From contig NYTS01000078.1 in assembly GCA_002683655.1 (NCBI GenBank), positions 6,683 through 70,682 on the forward strand: 64,000 bases of DNA, read 5' to 3'. The notes under the pieces were generated by a model. The model was not told the origin of the DNA. It searched no databases and saw nothing but the letters and a program-made list of their open reading frames with translations. Both the position numbers and the translations under genes were made by a program. This DNA comes from Deltaproteobacteria bacterium (GTDB lineage: Bacteria; SAR324; NAC60-12). Below are positions 48,101-58,181 of the stretch, one piece after another. Within the stretch, counting starts at the first letter, position 1. Every line of letters begins with the position of its first letter.

Positions 48101-49576
48101 ATGAAAAAAATTCCACTGACTTCAATTGGAGGATTATCCATCCATCAGTTGATCACGGGGCTCTGGCAGGTTGCTGACATAGAGAAAGAGGGGCATTTAT
48201 TTGATCCAGAAGACGGGGCGAATGAACTGGAGCAATACTACCATGATGGCTTTGGCACTTTTGACATGGCTGACCATTATGGAAGTGCAGAATTGCTTGC
48301 GGGTAGACTTTTGGCTCGTTATCAAAATGAACAACATAAGCCAATCGCCTGTACAAAGTGGTGTCCTGTGCCCGGGCAAATGACAAAGGAAGTTGTCAGG
48401 ATAGGAGTCCAAGAACGTCTTGATCGTCTTGGAGTTCAACAGTTGGACTTACTACAATTTCACTGGTGGACTTTCCAGCACCCTGCTTGGCTCGATGCTT
48501 TACACGAACTCGCAGAATTACATGAAAGGGGGCTCATCAAAGAGTTAGGAGTAACCAATTTCGATGCTACACATCTACACCTTGCGCTAGCTGATGGTAT
48601 TCCCATCCGGAGCAATCAAGTTAGTTTTTCATTGTTGGATAGAAGGGCAGGAGGATCACTCAAAGAAGTGTGTGTACACCATGCTGTGAAAATTCTAGCC
48701 TACGGAACACTCTGTGGGGGGTTCCTATCCAAAAGATGGTTGGGTCAAGGCGACCCAGAGAAGATTTCAGATTGGAGCCGGATGAAATATCGGCGCTTTA
48801 TCGAATCTTCTGGAGGCTGGAATGCTTTTCAATCCATCCTTTCTGCAGTTGAAAAGATTGCTCAGAAACATCGAGTTTCAGTAGCCAATGTGGCGACAAA
48901 ATGGGGTCTCTCTCAAGACCATGTCGCGGCTGTAATCATTGGAGCTCGCCTCGGGGAGAGTCACTATCGCCACAACAATATGGAACTTTTCGAATTTGAA
49001 CTTGATGATGAGGATTTTCAATCCCTTGAAAAAAATTTTGAGGAAACGACTCCAGTACCTGGAGATTGCGGTGACGAATACAGAACCTCCCCCTTTTTGA
49101 CAGCAACGGGAGATCTCTCTCAGCATCTGGAACAGGTTGAAAAAATATTCGTATGCAATCCGAGTGAGAGCAGGGACGATGCTATAAAGGTTCTCTCTGG
49201 TAGTGAGTGGGAGGATGTTGCAGGATATTGCCGTGCCCAGCGTATTGGTGATTTGATTGTAGTCTCAGGAACTACAGCAACTGCTGGTCATAGCCGCATC
49301 GTTGCCAAAGGAGATGCCGCGGCACAAACCACTTTTATCCTCGACAAAATAGCAGCCGCCTTGGAAGCCTTGGGCGCGTCGATTAAAGACATAGTTCGAA
49401 CAAGGATCTATCTTGTGAACGTAGAGGATACCCTGGCTGTTTCAAAGGCTCATGGTCGTGTTTTTGGTCAAATCAAACCAGCAAATACTCTTCTTCAGGT
49501 GGGTGGCTTGGTAGGAGATTACTTAGTGGAGATTGAGGCTGATGCATTGATTAGAAATAACAACAGCCTCAATTAG
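48101..49576 (+). CDS. Aldo/keto reductase fused to a C-terminal RidA/YjgF (reactive-intermediate deaminase) domain
   Basis: The N-terminal ~340 aa are AKR-like and paralogous to the 54276 gene (both have QFHWW/QFFWW). The C-terminal ~130 aa carry RidA-like AGYCRAQRIGDLIVVSGTTA … RTRIYL … ANTLLQVGGL. A C5/T5 homopolymer lies near the junction at ~49086-49095, so the fusion needs checking. Confidence 0.65.
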   Translation: MKKIPLTSIGGLSIHQLITGLWQVADIEKEGHLFDPEDGANELEQYYHDGFGTFDMADHYGSAELLAGRLLARYQNEQHKPIACTKWCPVPGQMTKEVVRIGVQERLDRLGVQQLDLLQFHWWTFQHPAWLDALHELAELHERGLIKELGVTNFDATHLHLALADGIPIRSNQVSFSLLDRRAGGSLKEVCVHHAVKILAYGTLCGGFLSKRWLGQGDPEKISDWSRMKYRRFIESSGGWNAFQSILSAVEKIAQKHRVSVANVATKWGLSQDHVAAVIIGARLGESHYRHNNMELFEFELDDEDFQSLEKNFEETTPVPGDCGDEYRTSPFLTATGDLSQHLEQVEKIFVCNPSESRDDAIKVLSGSEWEDVAGYCRAQRIGDLIVVSGTTATAGHSRIVAKGDAAAQTTFILDKIAAALEALGASIKDIVRTRIYLVNVEDTLAVSKAHGRVFGQIKPANTLLQVGGLVGDYLVEIEADALIRNNNSLN

Positions 49577-49605
49577 ATTGAATGGTTTAGAGCTTCATCA
49601 ACAAA

Positions 49606-50889
49606 TTATTGCATGGTGGCCATGAAAGCATCTACTTCATCGAGGGTAATGTAGCGTTCCTCCTTGGTGCCTGATTCCGTAAAACTCCATGCAACAGCGG
49701 GAGCAGAGACATCACCATTAGCGTCGAAACGCACGTTTCCGGTAGCACCCTGATACATCACAGATCCCCCACTATTCAATATTTCCTTGGCCTTTTTAAA
49801 TCCAGCCGTATCAGCGGTGATAGGGGTCCCTTTGGGATCAGTGACTTTGCCAACTTGCGCTGCAATTTGAGTCCCAGAAGCGTTGGGCCCTGCGGCTTCC
49901 ATTGCGAGCAGAGCAATCATCGTGGCGTCAAAGCTGTTGGCCAAGCCTGGTCCATTTGGTTCAGAATTGAATCGAGCCTTGTACATTTCTACAAATTTGG
50001 AGGCAGATTCAACTCTTGGTGAGGCTGTGTCGGTACCCAGGGCGTTCTTCAAATATTTCAAACCAACACTATCTTTGAGTTCATCTGATTTCATTGAGTT
50101 GGCCATGATCATTTTTTGAGATCCACCAAGTGAAAGCCATTCGCGTACAACAGAAATCCCCTCTTTGGGATACAGTGCCATGTAGATGCCTTCAGGATTT
50201 CCTTTGAGTGCTTCTGTCACCTCCGCACGGTAGGAAGCTTGACCATCATTGATTGCAATTGAATTGGTCACGTTGATTCCCAAAGATTTCATGGATCTGA
50301 CAGTCAACTTTGAGATGTCCTGACCCCAATCATCGTTTTTGTAAAGGACGACGACTGATTTATATCCCTGATCACGTGCTAGCATTGTTCCCACTGCTGC
50401 TTGTACTCCAGAAGTGGCAAAGGTACGGAACCACAATCCCTTGGTTTTGCCTTCCTCAGCAAGTGCTGTGATCTTTGTGGAGGAGGAACAGCAGGAAACT
50501 TCCATCACTCCAGCTGGTACTGCGACTGAGGTGAGAATTGGAATCGTTACCCCACTGGAAACTGCACCTAGTAGAACAGGAACTTTTTCTAAATCGACCA
50601 AAGCTTTTGCGGCATCAACGCCGACCTTTGGATCCACCTGAGTATCTCTCAGAACCATCTCCACCTGGCAGCCTGCAACTCCTCCTGCTTCATTGGCCAA
50701 ATCGACGGCAAACTGAGCAGTTGCTGCGATAGGACGACCCCAGTCAACAGATGTTGGTAAGACTGCGCCAATCTTTGTTGTGCAATTCTGGGCATACAAG
50801 GTGCTGGAAAATCCAACCATCCCCAGCAGTAACGCTTGTCGCAAGCAACGAAAAGATTTGAAAAATCGAACAAACATTAGTTCTCCCAT
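49606..50889 (-). CDS. ABC transporter substrate-binding protein, Liv/amide/urea (type I PBP) family
   Basis: A signal peptide and a LivK-like pattern (KIGAVLPTS…GVAGCQVEMVLRDTQ) are present. The start may instead be M5 (50877). Confidence 0.75.
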   Translation of the reverse strand: MGELMFVRFFKSFRCLRQALLLGMVGFSSTLYAQNCTTKIGAVLPTSVDWGRPIAATAQFAVDLANEAGGVAGCQVEMVLRDTQVDPKVGVDAAKALVDLEKVPVLLGAVSSGVTIPILTSVAVPAGVMEVSCCSSSTKITALAEEGKTKGLWFRTFATSGVQAAVGTMLARDQGYKSVVVLYKNDDWGQDISKLTVRSMKSLGINVTNSIAINDGQASYRAEVTEALKGNPEGIYMALYPKEGISVVREWLSLGGSQKMIMANSMKSDELKDSVGLKYLKNALGTDTASPRVESASKFVEMYKARFNSEPNGPGLANSFDATMIALLAMEAAGPNASGTQIAAQVGKVTDPKGTPITADTAGFKKAKEILNSGGSVMYQGATGNVRFDANGDVSAPAVAWSFTESGTKEERYITLDEVDAFMATMQ

Positions 50890-50942
50890 TTACAAGTAGA
50901 CGCAGATGAGTCATTGGGACAATAGGAATGTGCGTCATCACC

Positions 50943-51878
50943 CTATTGCGACACGATAAGCTTTTCCGGCAATAGCCCTTGCGGTCGCCAGAGAAGCATT
51001 CCCACAATAATCATGCCGATCATAATGTATTGCAGGGTTCCTGTGTAGAGTTGCGCTTCAATTGGAGCAAATTTTGAGAGCATCCAGCCACTTGCTGTCC
51101 ATGCAGCCCAGATGAGAAATGCCCCAAGGATTCCCCCTTGGTTATTCCCAGAGCCACCCACTATCAGCATTGCCCAAATTTGGAAAGTCAATGTCGGCAA
51201 GACATCTTGTGGACTGACAAATGCGTAGAAAGTCGCGTAGAGCCCACCTGCTAGTCCCATGATCATGGAACCTACGACAAACGCTGTTAAACGAACTCGA
51301 TTTGGGGCTTTACCAAGGGATTTTGCAGCAACTTCATCTTCTCGAATTGCTCTTAACAACCTTCCAAAGGGGGAGCGGATCAACTTCTCTAAAAATAGAT
51401 AGACACCCAGAAGTAATAATACGGAAAAGCAAAAAAAAATAATATTGAACACGAATGGGTCTGCGATGGAATCTTCAAAAGGCCGTTCAAAGCCTCTCAT
51501 TCCCTGGGCACCTCCTGATAACCACTCTGCATTGCGCATGAGATTTTCAAACGCAACAGCTACCCCAAAGGTTGCTATCGCAAGGTAGTCCCTACGCAGT
51601 CGAATGGTAAGCATCCCCACAACCAATGCGATCAATCCCGAAAGCAGAATTCCACCAACTAGAGCAACCGGATAAAAAAGTTCAAATCCTCCAATATGAT
51701 CTGCCTGCACTGTTCCACCCAAAAGAATTAAACCATAGGCACCTGCCCCAAAAAAAGCCGCAACTCCACCATTGAAAAGTCCTGTGTTGCCCCATTGAAG
51801 GTTTAGGCCTAGAACTGCAATGGCGAGAATAGAAGAGACTGTTGCAAAGAAGACAAGATAAGAAATCAGTCCGATCAT
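50943..51878 (-). CDS. Branched-chain-amino-acid-type ABC permease (LivM-like)
   Basis: An 8-10 TM Liv permease pattern that overlaps the upstream permease by 4 nt. Confidence 0.8.
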   Translation of the reverse strand: MIGLISYLVFFATVSSILAIAVLGLNLQWGNTGLFNGGVAAFFGAGAYGLILLGGTVQADHIGGFELFYPVALVGGILLSGLIALVVGMLTIRLRRDYLAIATFGVAVAFENLMRNAEWLSGGAQGMRGFERPFEDSIADPFVFNIIFFCFSVLLLLGVYLFLEKLIRSPFGRLLRAIREDEVAAKSLGKAPNRVRLTAFVVGSMIMGLAGGLYATFYAFVSPQDVLPTLTFQIWAMLIVGGSGNNQGGILGAFLIWAAWTASGWMLSKFAPIEAQLYTGTLQYIMIGMIIVGMLLWRPQGLLPEKLIVSQ

Positions 51879-52789
51879 GCTCTGGCCTCACCAAGAATTC
51901 CATTCGGTCGAAGAATGAGTACTCCCAAGATGATCAGAAATGGAACCGCGGGGCTGTAGCCCGAGGGAAGAATCATCAGCGCTAGATTGGATGCGATTCC
52001 TACCAAAAACCCTCCCAGAACAGCACCGTAAACTGAACCAATGCCCCCGGCAATTGTGGCAGCAAAGATTGGCAAAACAAGGTCCCGACCGATGACAGGA
52101 TTAATCTGGTTGTTCAATCCATAAAATATTCCTGAAAGTGCTGCCAAAGAGCCTCCAATTAGCCAGATCATCCTAAACATTCTAGATAGATTTACACCTG
52201 TGATCTGGGCGAGAACGGGATTCTCTGCAACTGCCTGCAACGCATATCCAAAGGTTGTTCGAGACAAAACTAGATGAAAAAGTAACATTACCAAAAGAGA
52301 TGCAATTAACACGAAGACCTGATCAGGCTTGACCAGGATCATTGGATCTCGGCTGATCACGATTGCAAAGGCGATATCGTTTGAGAAGAGTTGTGATTTC
52401 AAGCCAAAGAGGAGAGAGATCAGGTTTCTGACTACCATCGCGACCCCAAAGGAGGCAAAGACCATTGATAGTTCATCTCCTTTTTCACGGATTCTTCGGA
52501 AGACTAGCTTGTCAATCAAGATTGCAGAGAGGCCGGTCACGATCATCGCAAATAGAATTGCGAGAATTAAACTCCAGGTAAGACTAAGAGGTTCAATAGT
52601 ACTGCGGAGTTGGGAGTAGAACGCCCCGAATAGTCCATCAAAAACCAATGCGGCGTAAGCACCTACAGAGAGCAGTTCCGCGTGGGAAAAATTGGCGAAT
52701 CGCAGAGTGTGCATCACCAAGGTTAATCCAATAGCTCCGAGAGAGAGAATTGAACCGACCAAGATCCCATCAAGGAGATGCTGGATCAT
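51875..52789 (-). CDS. Branched-chain-amino-acid-type ABC permease (LivH-like)
   Basis: It has the Liv permease pattern. Confidence 0.8.
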   Translation of the reverse strand: MIQHLLDGILVGSILSLGAIGLTLVMHTLRFANFSHAELLSVGAYAALVFDGLFGAFYSQLRSTIEPLSLTWSLILAILFAMIVTGLSAILIDKLVFRRIREKGDELSMVFASFGVAMVVRNLISLLFGLKSQLFSNDIAFAIVISRDPMILVKPDQVFVLIASLLVMLLFHLVLSRTTFGYALQAVAENPVLAQITGVNLSRMFRMIWLIGGSLAALSGIFYGLNNQINPVIGRDLVLPIFAATIAGGIGSVYGAVLGGFLVGIASNLALMILPSGYSPAVPFLIILGVLILRPNGILGEARA

Positions 52790-53517
52790 CAGCTTGTTAC
52801 TCTCTTGCTACCCATAAAAATTTCACTGATGAATGGATTCCCAATCAGTCTTTTTGCAGTATCGTCGAGTTGATTTCTGCCCTCAGCTAGGATGTAACAA
52901 TGGTCAGCTACTGCAAGGGCCTGCTTAACGTTTTGTTCTACTAATAAAATCGTCACTTGTTGTTTGGTGAGGCTCTTTGTGAAAGTAAGGACCTCTTCTG
53001 CTACCTTCGGTGAAAGGCCAGCAGATGGTTCATCCATCAAAAGAATGCTGGGTTTTTTTGCCAAGGCCATTGCCAAAGCAAGCATTTGTCGTTGTCCTCC
53101 AGAGAGTGTACTTGCTTTTGCTGTCAATTTTTCTGAAAGAGCAGGAAACAAATCCATCAATTCATTGAATTGGCCAGAATGTTTATGGCCAGCTAACCCC
53201 AAGACAAGTTCAATATTCCTTTTGACGCTAAGGTTACGGAAGATGTTTTCTGTCTGGGGAACATAGGAGATTCCAAACTCACCCAATTGATCCGGACGAA
53301 TGCCCCGCAATGATTTGTCCTGGAACTGAATCTTTCCGGAAAAGCTTGGAACGACACCAGCAATTGCTTTGATTAAGGTGGACTTCCCGGCACCGTTTGG
53401 CCCGATGACTAGTGTTAAAGCATTCTTTTTGATTCGAATATTTATCCCGTGAAGAATTGGGAAATCAGGGTCATAACCTGCTACTAGTCCAGTGACCTCT
53501 AAAGCTGCTTCAACCAT
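52789..53517 (-). CDS. ABC ATP-binding protein (LivF-like)
   Basis: GPNGAGKST, LSGGQRQM and LLMDEPSAGL are present. Confidence 0.85.
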   Translation of the reverse strand: MVEAALEVTGLVAGYDPDFPILHGINIRIKKNALTLVIGPNGAGKSTLIKAIAGVVPSFSGKIQFQDKSLRGIRPDQLGEFGISYVPQTENIFRNLSVKRNIELVLGLAGHKHSGQFNELMDLFPALSEKLTAKASTLSGGQRQMLALAMALAKKPSILLMDEPSAGLSPKVAEEVLTFTKSLTKQQVTILLVEQNVKQALAVADHCYILAEGRNQLDDTAKRLIGNPFISEIFMGSKRVTS

Positions 53518-54301
53518 TTAGCGTGGCTCCTAAGTAGGCTTCCAGCAAAAGAGGGTTACATTGGGCTTCTACAGGAGTTCCTTCAAAAATAACTTTCCCT
53601 TCTGCCATAGCAATGACTGGATCACAGCGTTTCATGATGAATTCCATGTTGTGCTCAATGATCAAAAAGGTTGTGCCCTGACAATTGAGATCAGTTATTT
53701 TCTCGATCAATAATTCAGTCAAAGTTGGGCTTACCCCTGCGGCCGGTTCATCAAGTAGAATCATTGAAGGGTTTACCATCAATACCCTGGCTAATTCCAA
53801 AAGTTTCATTTGTCCACCAGAAATCTTCCCTGCAGCTTGGTTTGCAAGGTGATCTAAGGTCACAAATTCGAGGATCTGCATCGCCTTATCCCGATTTTTG
53901 GACTCCTCGCGTTTCATCTCAGTTTTCTGGAAAAAAGGGCCTGTGAGACGCTCACCAATCTGGTTGACCGGAGAAATCATGACATTCTCCAATACACTCA
54001 TTTTCTTAAATGGACGTGGCAGCTGAAAAGTAAAGGCCAAGCCCATTTTGAATAGTTGATTGGTCCGAAAGTTTGTAATTTCTTTCGATTTGAGAAAAAC
54101 CTGTCCTTCAGTGGGTTGGAGAATTCCTGTCAAAGTATGAAAAAGAGTGGACTTTCCTGCTCCATTTGGACCGATCAATCCAGTGATTTTTCTAGCCTGA
54201 ATCTCTACAGAGAGATTTTCTAGAGCACGAAATTCTCCAAAAGTTTTGGTCAGTTTTTTTGTTGAGAGGATGACCTCAGTCATACTGAGTCTTTTCAGCA
54301 T
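53510..54301 (-). CDS. ABC ATP-binding protein (LivG-like)
   Basis: GPNGAGKST, ISGGQMKL and the LivG-type insertion are present. Confidence 0.85.
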   Translation of the reverse strand: MLKRLSMTEVILSTKKLTKTFGEFRALENLSVEIQARKITGLIGPNGAGKSTLFHTLTGILQPTEGQVFLKSKEITNFRTNQLFKMGLAFTFQLPRPFKKMSVLENVMISPVNQIGERLTGPFFQKTEMKREESKNRDKAMQILEFVTLDHLANQAAGKISGGQMKLLELARVLMVNPSMILLDEPAAGVSPTLTELLIEKITDLNCQGTTFLIIEHNMEFIMKRCDPVIAMAEGKVIFEGTPVEAQCNPLLLEAYLGATLNG

Positions 54302-55364
54302 GAATTTTATCGTTAGGTGAGCTATTGAGGTTGTATTTCATAATTCGGCCGTGGCGACTAGTCCTGTCTCGCTCCAACCCATAAACTGGTCCTGAGGGAC
54401 CATTGGAAGCATCAACTTTTGCCTTAATTTGTCGATGTTCTTTGGAAGTTAAGCTCAATCTGAACACTTCCAAGGTGTCATCCAGATATTTTGCGTAGCG
54501 AGCTCCGACAATGGCTGCGCCGATCTGAGGTTGGTCTAAGATATATCGAATAGCCACCGAAGATAGCGCTACTTGATGCGAGTCGCCAATTTCTTTCAAA
54601 GTTCGCAGCAGATCCTGAAATTGATCCCAAGAACCAAATTCGTCGATGATTAGACGATACTTTACAAGAGATCGGTTGCTGAACTGGAAACCAGGGTCTT
54701 CTTTGCCTAGCCAAGCTTCTGAGATGAACCCACCAGCGAGGGTTCCATAGCAAAGAAGAGAAACATTTTTCTCTTTTGCCCAGGGTACCATTTCAAGTTT
54801 TGGTCTATGGTCCAGAACAGAATATTGAACCTGAGCCGACATGATGTCCATCCCAGAGTCGATAAAGGGCTGAATATCAAACCACTCCCAGTTGGTGACT
54901 CCTAAATTCTTGATTTTCCCTTTATCCTGAAGCTTTTTTAGAACTTGTAGAGCTTCGACAGGCTTACCAAGTTTCAGGTCCCACCAAAAAAATTGGACCA
55001 AATGAAGTTGATCAATCCTCAGGCGCTTAAGCGAACGATCCACGATTGCTTCGATTTCATTTGGCTGAATATCTTGCAGCTTTGTTAAATCAGGAACCAA
55101 CTTGGTGTGAATACAAATTTCCTCAGCCTTCGATGAACCATATTTTTGACGGACTGAAGCGATAAATTCCCCCAACATTTCTTCCACGCCAACATAGATA
55201 TCTGCACAATCAAAGGTTGAGATGCCTGCTTCCAGAAAGATCTCCATATCCCCAATAGCTTTTCTGCGCTGAACATCCCCATGGTCCCCTGCGAGTTGCC
55301 AACCACCTTTGATGATTCTGGAAATTGAATAGTTCTCGCGAAGGCTAATTTTTTCAACATTCAT
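54276..55364 (-). CDS. Aldo/keto reductase (paralogue of the AKR domain at 48101)
   Basis: IIKGGWQLAG…, HLVQFFWW and DCADIY are present. The likely start MNVEKISL forms an ATGA overlap with the upstream small ORF, and the gene's 3' end (stop at 54276) overlaps the LivG-like gene's start by 26 nt. Confidence 0.75.
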   Translation of the reverse strand: MNVEKISLRENYSISRIIKGGWQLAGDHGDVQRRKAIGDMEIFLEAGISTFDCADIYVGVEEMLGEFIASVRQKYGSSKAEEICIHTKLVPDLTKLQDIQPNEIEAIVDRSLKRLRIDQLHLVQFFWWDLKLGKPVEALQVLKKLQDKGKIKNLGVTNWEWFDIQPFIDSGMDIMSAQVQYSVLDHRPKLEMVPWAKEKNVSLLCYGTLAGGFISEAWLGKEDPGFQFSNRSLVKYRLIIDEFGSWDQFQDLLRTLKEIGDSHQVALSSVAIRYILDQPQIGAAIVGARYAKYLDDTLEVFRLSLTSKEHRQIKAKVDASNGPSGPVYGLERDRTSRHGRIMKYNLNSSPNDKIHAEKTQYD

Positions 55365-55732
55365 GAATTTTCTCCCTTTGTCCAATAGGGTTCCGTTCTC
55401 ACTTCGGGTATGCCAGTTGTTTCAGCATGAAAAAATCGTCTCTTAGAGAGTCTTTTGATTCGAAATCGTCCTCCACAATATGGATCTGGGCATGCTATTT
55501 CAGCGTCTGTGGTCATCCAATCATTAGGTGCTGTTTCCCTCTGTTTAGCTGGCAGTAGAGGAAGAATTGCTGCGAGCGCATACATAGAGATTTTCTGATG
55601 CTCTAAAAAGATCAGGTTTTCTCCTTCTACTCTGAATTTTTCTCCTTCAATATGTCGGCAGACCGGAGTACGACCTTCCAAGACAGTTTCTACTTCCAAA
55701 TCATACAACCAAAAATCTTCTTGATTACTCAT
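55361..55732 (-). CDS. Small conserved protein with a CPDPxCGG motif, translationally coupled to the AKR
   Basis: 123 aa: …LYDLEVETVLEGRTPVCRHIEGEKFRVEGENLIFLE…MYALAAILPLLPAKQRETAPNDWMTTDAEIACPDPYCGGRFRIKR…. It resembles a conserved ~100 aa bacterial family but I cannot give the exact family ID. Confidence 0.5.
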   Translation of the reverse strand: MSNQEDFWLYDLEVETVLEGRTPVCRHIEGEKFRVEGENLIFLEHQKISMYALAAILPLLPAKQRETAPNDWMTTDAEIACPDPYCGGRFRIKRLSKRRFFHAETTGIPEVRTEPYWTKGENS

Positions 55733-56016
55733 AGGCGCTGAAATTGCGTATCTACTAAAATATGAAAAATATTTCCTGGCTTTTTATGCCCTAGCTCCCT
55801 GAGAAGAGGTCCTAGTCACAGAGTGTCAGAATCATGGTTGCACAAAATATTGTGTGCAGGGTCTGAACAAAGCTTTCTGGACTTGTTAATGGGCTTTGAT
55901 AAGGCTAATAGCTAAGCCTGTCAAGCAGAACACAGTTTACGTTGCATCATTGGAAGATGCAGGGATCAAAATTACATTGAATAGTAGTTCCCTAACTCGA
56001 TTGATGCATCTTCACT

Positions 56017-56265
56017 ATGAATCTGAAAAAAACAGTCCCATACCTGAGCATTCTGCTTTTACTTCTAAGCATCGCTGGTTGTGCGTCAAATAATCTAGGC
56101 ACTTGTACGATCGGTCCCCTCCATTTTCACTATGGTGAACAAGAACAACTCTCCCAGGTCTGTTATCGCGACACCCCACAAAACTTTAGCGCCCAGAAAA
56201 TTGTTTGCTATAACGAGGTGCGTGGTAGCGTCTGCGATGAATATTCAACCAGAGACGCGCAGTAA
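56017..56265 (+). CDS. Small Cys-rich putative lipoprotein
   Basis: The signal peptide and lipobox (LLLLSIAGCAS) are followed by 6 Cys in the mature ~60 aa. It has no homology handle. Confidence 0.35.
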   Translation: MNLKKTVPYLSILLLLLSIAGCASNNLGTCTIGPLHFHYGEQEQLSQVCYRDTPQNFSAQKIVCYNEVRGSVCDEYSTRDAQ

Positions 56266-56324
56266 GTTGAATGCCTGAGGGGAAACTCCTAGAATTTGGA
56301 TTTGATGAACTCAGAGGACAAATT

Positions 56325-57171
56325 ATGGAACTCAAACAAAAAGAAGCCTTTGACAAGGACAGCTATCTTTTTTTAACTGTTCACTCCTTAAGAAGTTAAA
56401 AAAACTCAATGCTGCGGTTCCTGAACTGTACGATCGACACGAAGCTTATAATTTCAGGGAAAAGGTAGTCAAGTGGCCAGATCTAACTTTGCGGCGCACC
56501 TTTATAGCGCACCGTTTGCCAGACTAGGCCCCACCCAAGAATGGTAAAACCTGTGGGCAGGTGATTGGTGAAAAGCTCTACATGCACCAGTTCAAAATTA
56601 ATGGGAAAATGGCATTTGGAGGTGATGTTTGGCAATGGCATCAAGACTGTGGCACCTGGATCAATGACGACATGATGCCCGAACCACGGGCAATGAACGT
56701 TGCGATATTTCTGGATGATGTCAACCAGTTCAATGGCCCCATAATGTTTTTTCCGGGAAGCCAAAAGCGTAGAGTGCTCAAGGCTGAACATGATTTGACC
56801 ACAACAAGCTACCCTCTATGGACGATTGATAATCAATTGATCCGTCAGCTTGGCGAAAGAGCTGGTGGAAGAGAAGGCTGAATCGTCAGTCTCAGGGACC
56901 AGGGGGTTCAATGATTCTTTTTCATGGTTTCCTGGTCCACAGTTCTACGAGTAATTTTTCCCCTTGGAATCGTTTCAGCGTATATTTGAGTCTCATTGCA
57001 GTGAGCAATCACATACGACGTTTCAAGGGTCCAGAGTACATTTCTCATCGAGATTTCACCCCGATGATTGTCTGCTTTCAGATCATCCGATGGAACTACC
57101 TCGGGGGAATGGTATGCCCAATTTTGCCTGGGAGACCTCTTCGGAAAAGATTCTGGCTTAAACCTAACTAG
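56325..57171 (+). pseudogene. PhyH-family (ectoine-hydroxylase-like) Fe/2OG dioxygenase, fragmented
   Basis: The N-terminus MELKQKEAFDKDSYLFL is in frame 0. After a T7 run the frame switches to 2 (…LNAAVPELYDRHEAYNFREKVVKW…IAHRLPD) and hits an in-frame TAG at 56525-56527. The same frame continues (…GEKLYMHQFKINGKMAFGGDVWQWHQD…FFPGSQK…). Near a G5/T5 run at ~56890 a third frame carries the C-terminal FHGFLVHSSTSNFSPWNR. Confidence 0.6.
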
Positions 57172-57374
57172 CTTTTATTAACTCTGGGGTCGTTGAATAA
57201 CCATTGCGACCCCAATTGCCACTACAATCATCCCCAATCGCCAGCCAACCCAATTTTGCACCAATGAAGCCTGTGCTCCAGAGCAGGACAAATAGGATGG
57301 ATGTTTCCTTGGAAAGGAGATTTCCAGGGATCATTTGAAAGAGTTTCAGAAGGTTTTGCTTTATGTTTAGGGAT

Positions 57375-58181
57375 TCAATTGGAAGTGGCCAATTGTTCTA
57401 GAGCGGCAAGTTCAGATTCACTGAATCCGGCTTGGAGGCGTGCTTCCTGATGTAATGGGCCGCGTAATCGACCTGAAAAATACTGATTCAATAGACGAAG
57501 ATAAGTTGTTTCCGGACAGATGTTTCTTTGCTGACAAAGATACTGAAACCAATGGCTGCCGATTGAGACGTGTTGTATCTCTTCTTCCCAGATAAGTTGT
57601 AGTATCTGGGCAGATTCTGAATCTTGGATCTCTCTCAGCTTGGATATCATTCCGGGGGTAACATCAAGCCCACGAGCTTCCATTACACGCGGAACTAGCG
57701 CCATCCTTACCAGAACATCATGAGCGGTGTTTTCAGCCATTTCCCACAAACCAGAATGAACTGGAAATTCACCGTAGGCACTGTCCAGTTGGATTAGACG
57801 ACACTGCAAAAGATGAAAATGCCTAGCCTCATCAGCTGCTATCTTCAGCCAGTCAGCATAATAACGACTAGGCATCAGTTGGAAGCGATAGACTGCATCC
57901 AATGCTAGGTTGATCGCGTTGAATTCAATGTGAGCGAGGGAGTGCAGTAGTGCAACCTTACCGAGAGGGGACCCGAGTCGCCTTTTTGGTAAGTCCTTAG
58001 GAGCAACAAAATTCAGGAAGGAGGGGTAACCTGCTTCCACAGAATCATTGGTGAGAAAAGCTTCCTCATGATTGAGTTTCCCCTCTTCAAAATCTTGTTT
58101 TAGTTTTTGAGTTCCTTGCGTTTTTTGCTCGATTTCTTTTGAAAGGAGAACTTCCTGAGTGGATTCAAATAAAGATTTCAT
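57375..58181 (-). CDS. DUF455 family ferritin-like protein
   Basis: LAHIEFNAINLALDAVYRF … DEARHFHLL … YGEFPVHSGLWE … EARGLDVTP … EEIQHVSIG matches the DUF455 di-metal carboxylate-like pattern. Confidence 0.65.
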   Translation of the reverse strand: MKSLFESTQEVLLSKEIEQKTQGTQKLKQDFEEGKLNHEEAFLTNDSVEAGYPSFLNFVAPKDLPKRRLGSPLGKVALLHSLAHIEFNAINLALDAVYRFQLMPSRYYADWLKIAADEARHFHLLQCRLIQLDSAYGEFPVHSGLWEMAENTAHDVLVRMALVPRVMEARGLDVTPGMISKLREIQDSESAQILQLIWEEEIQHVSIGSHWFQYLCQQRNICPETTYLRLLNQYFSGRLRGPLHQEARLQAGFSESELAALEQLATSN

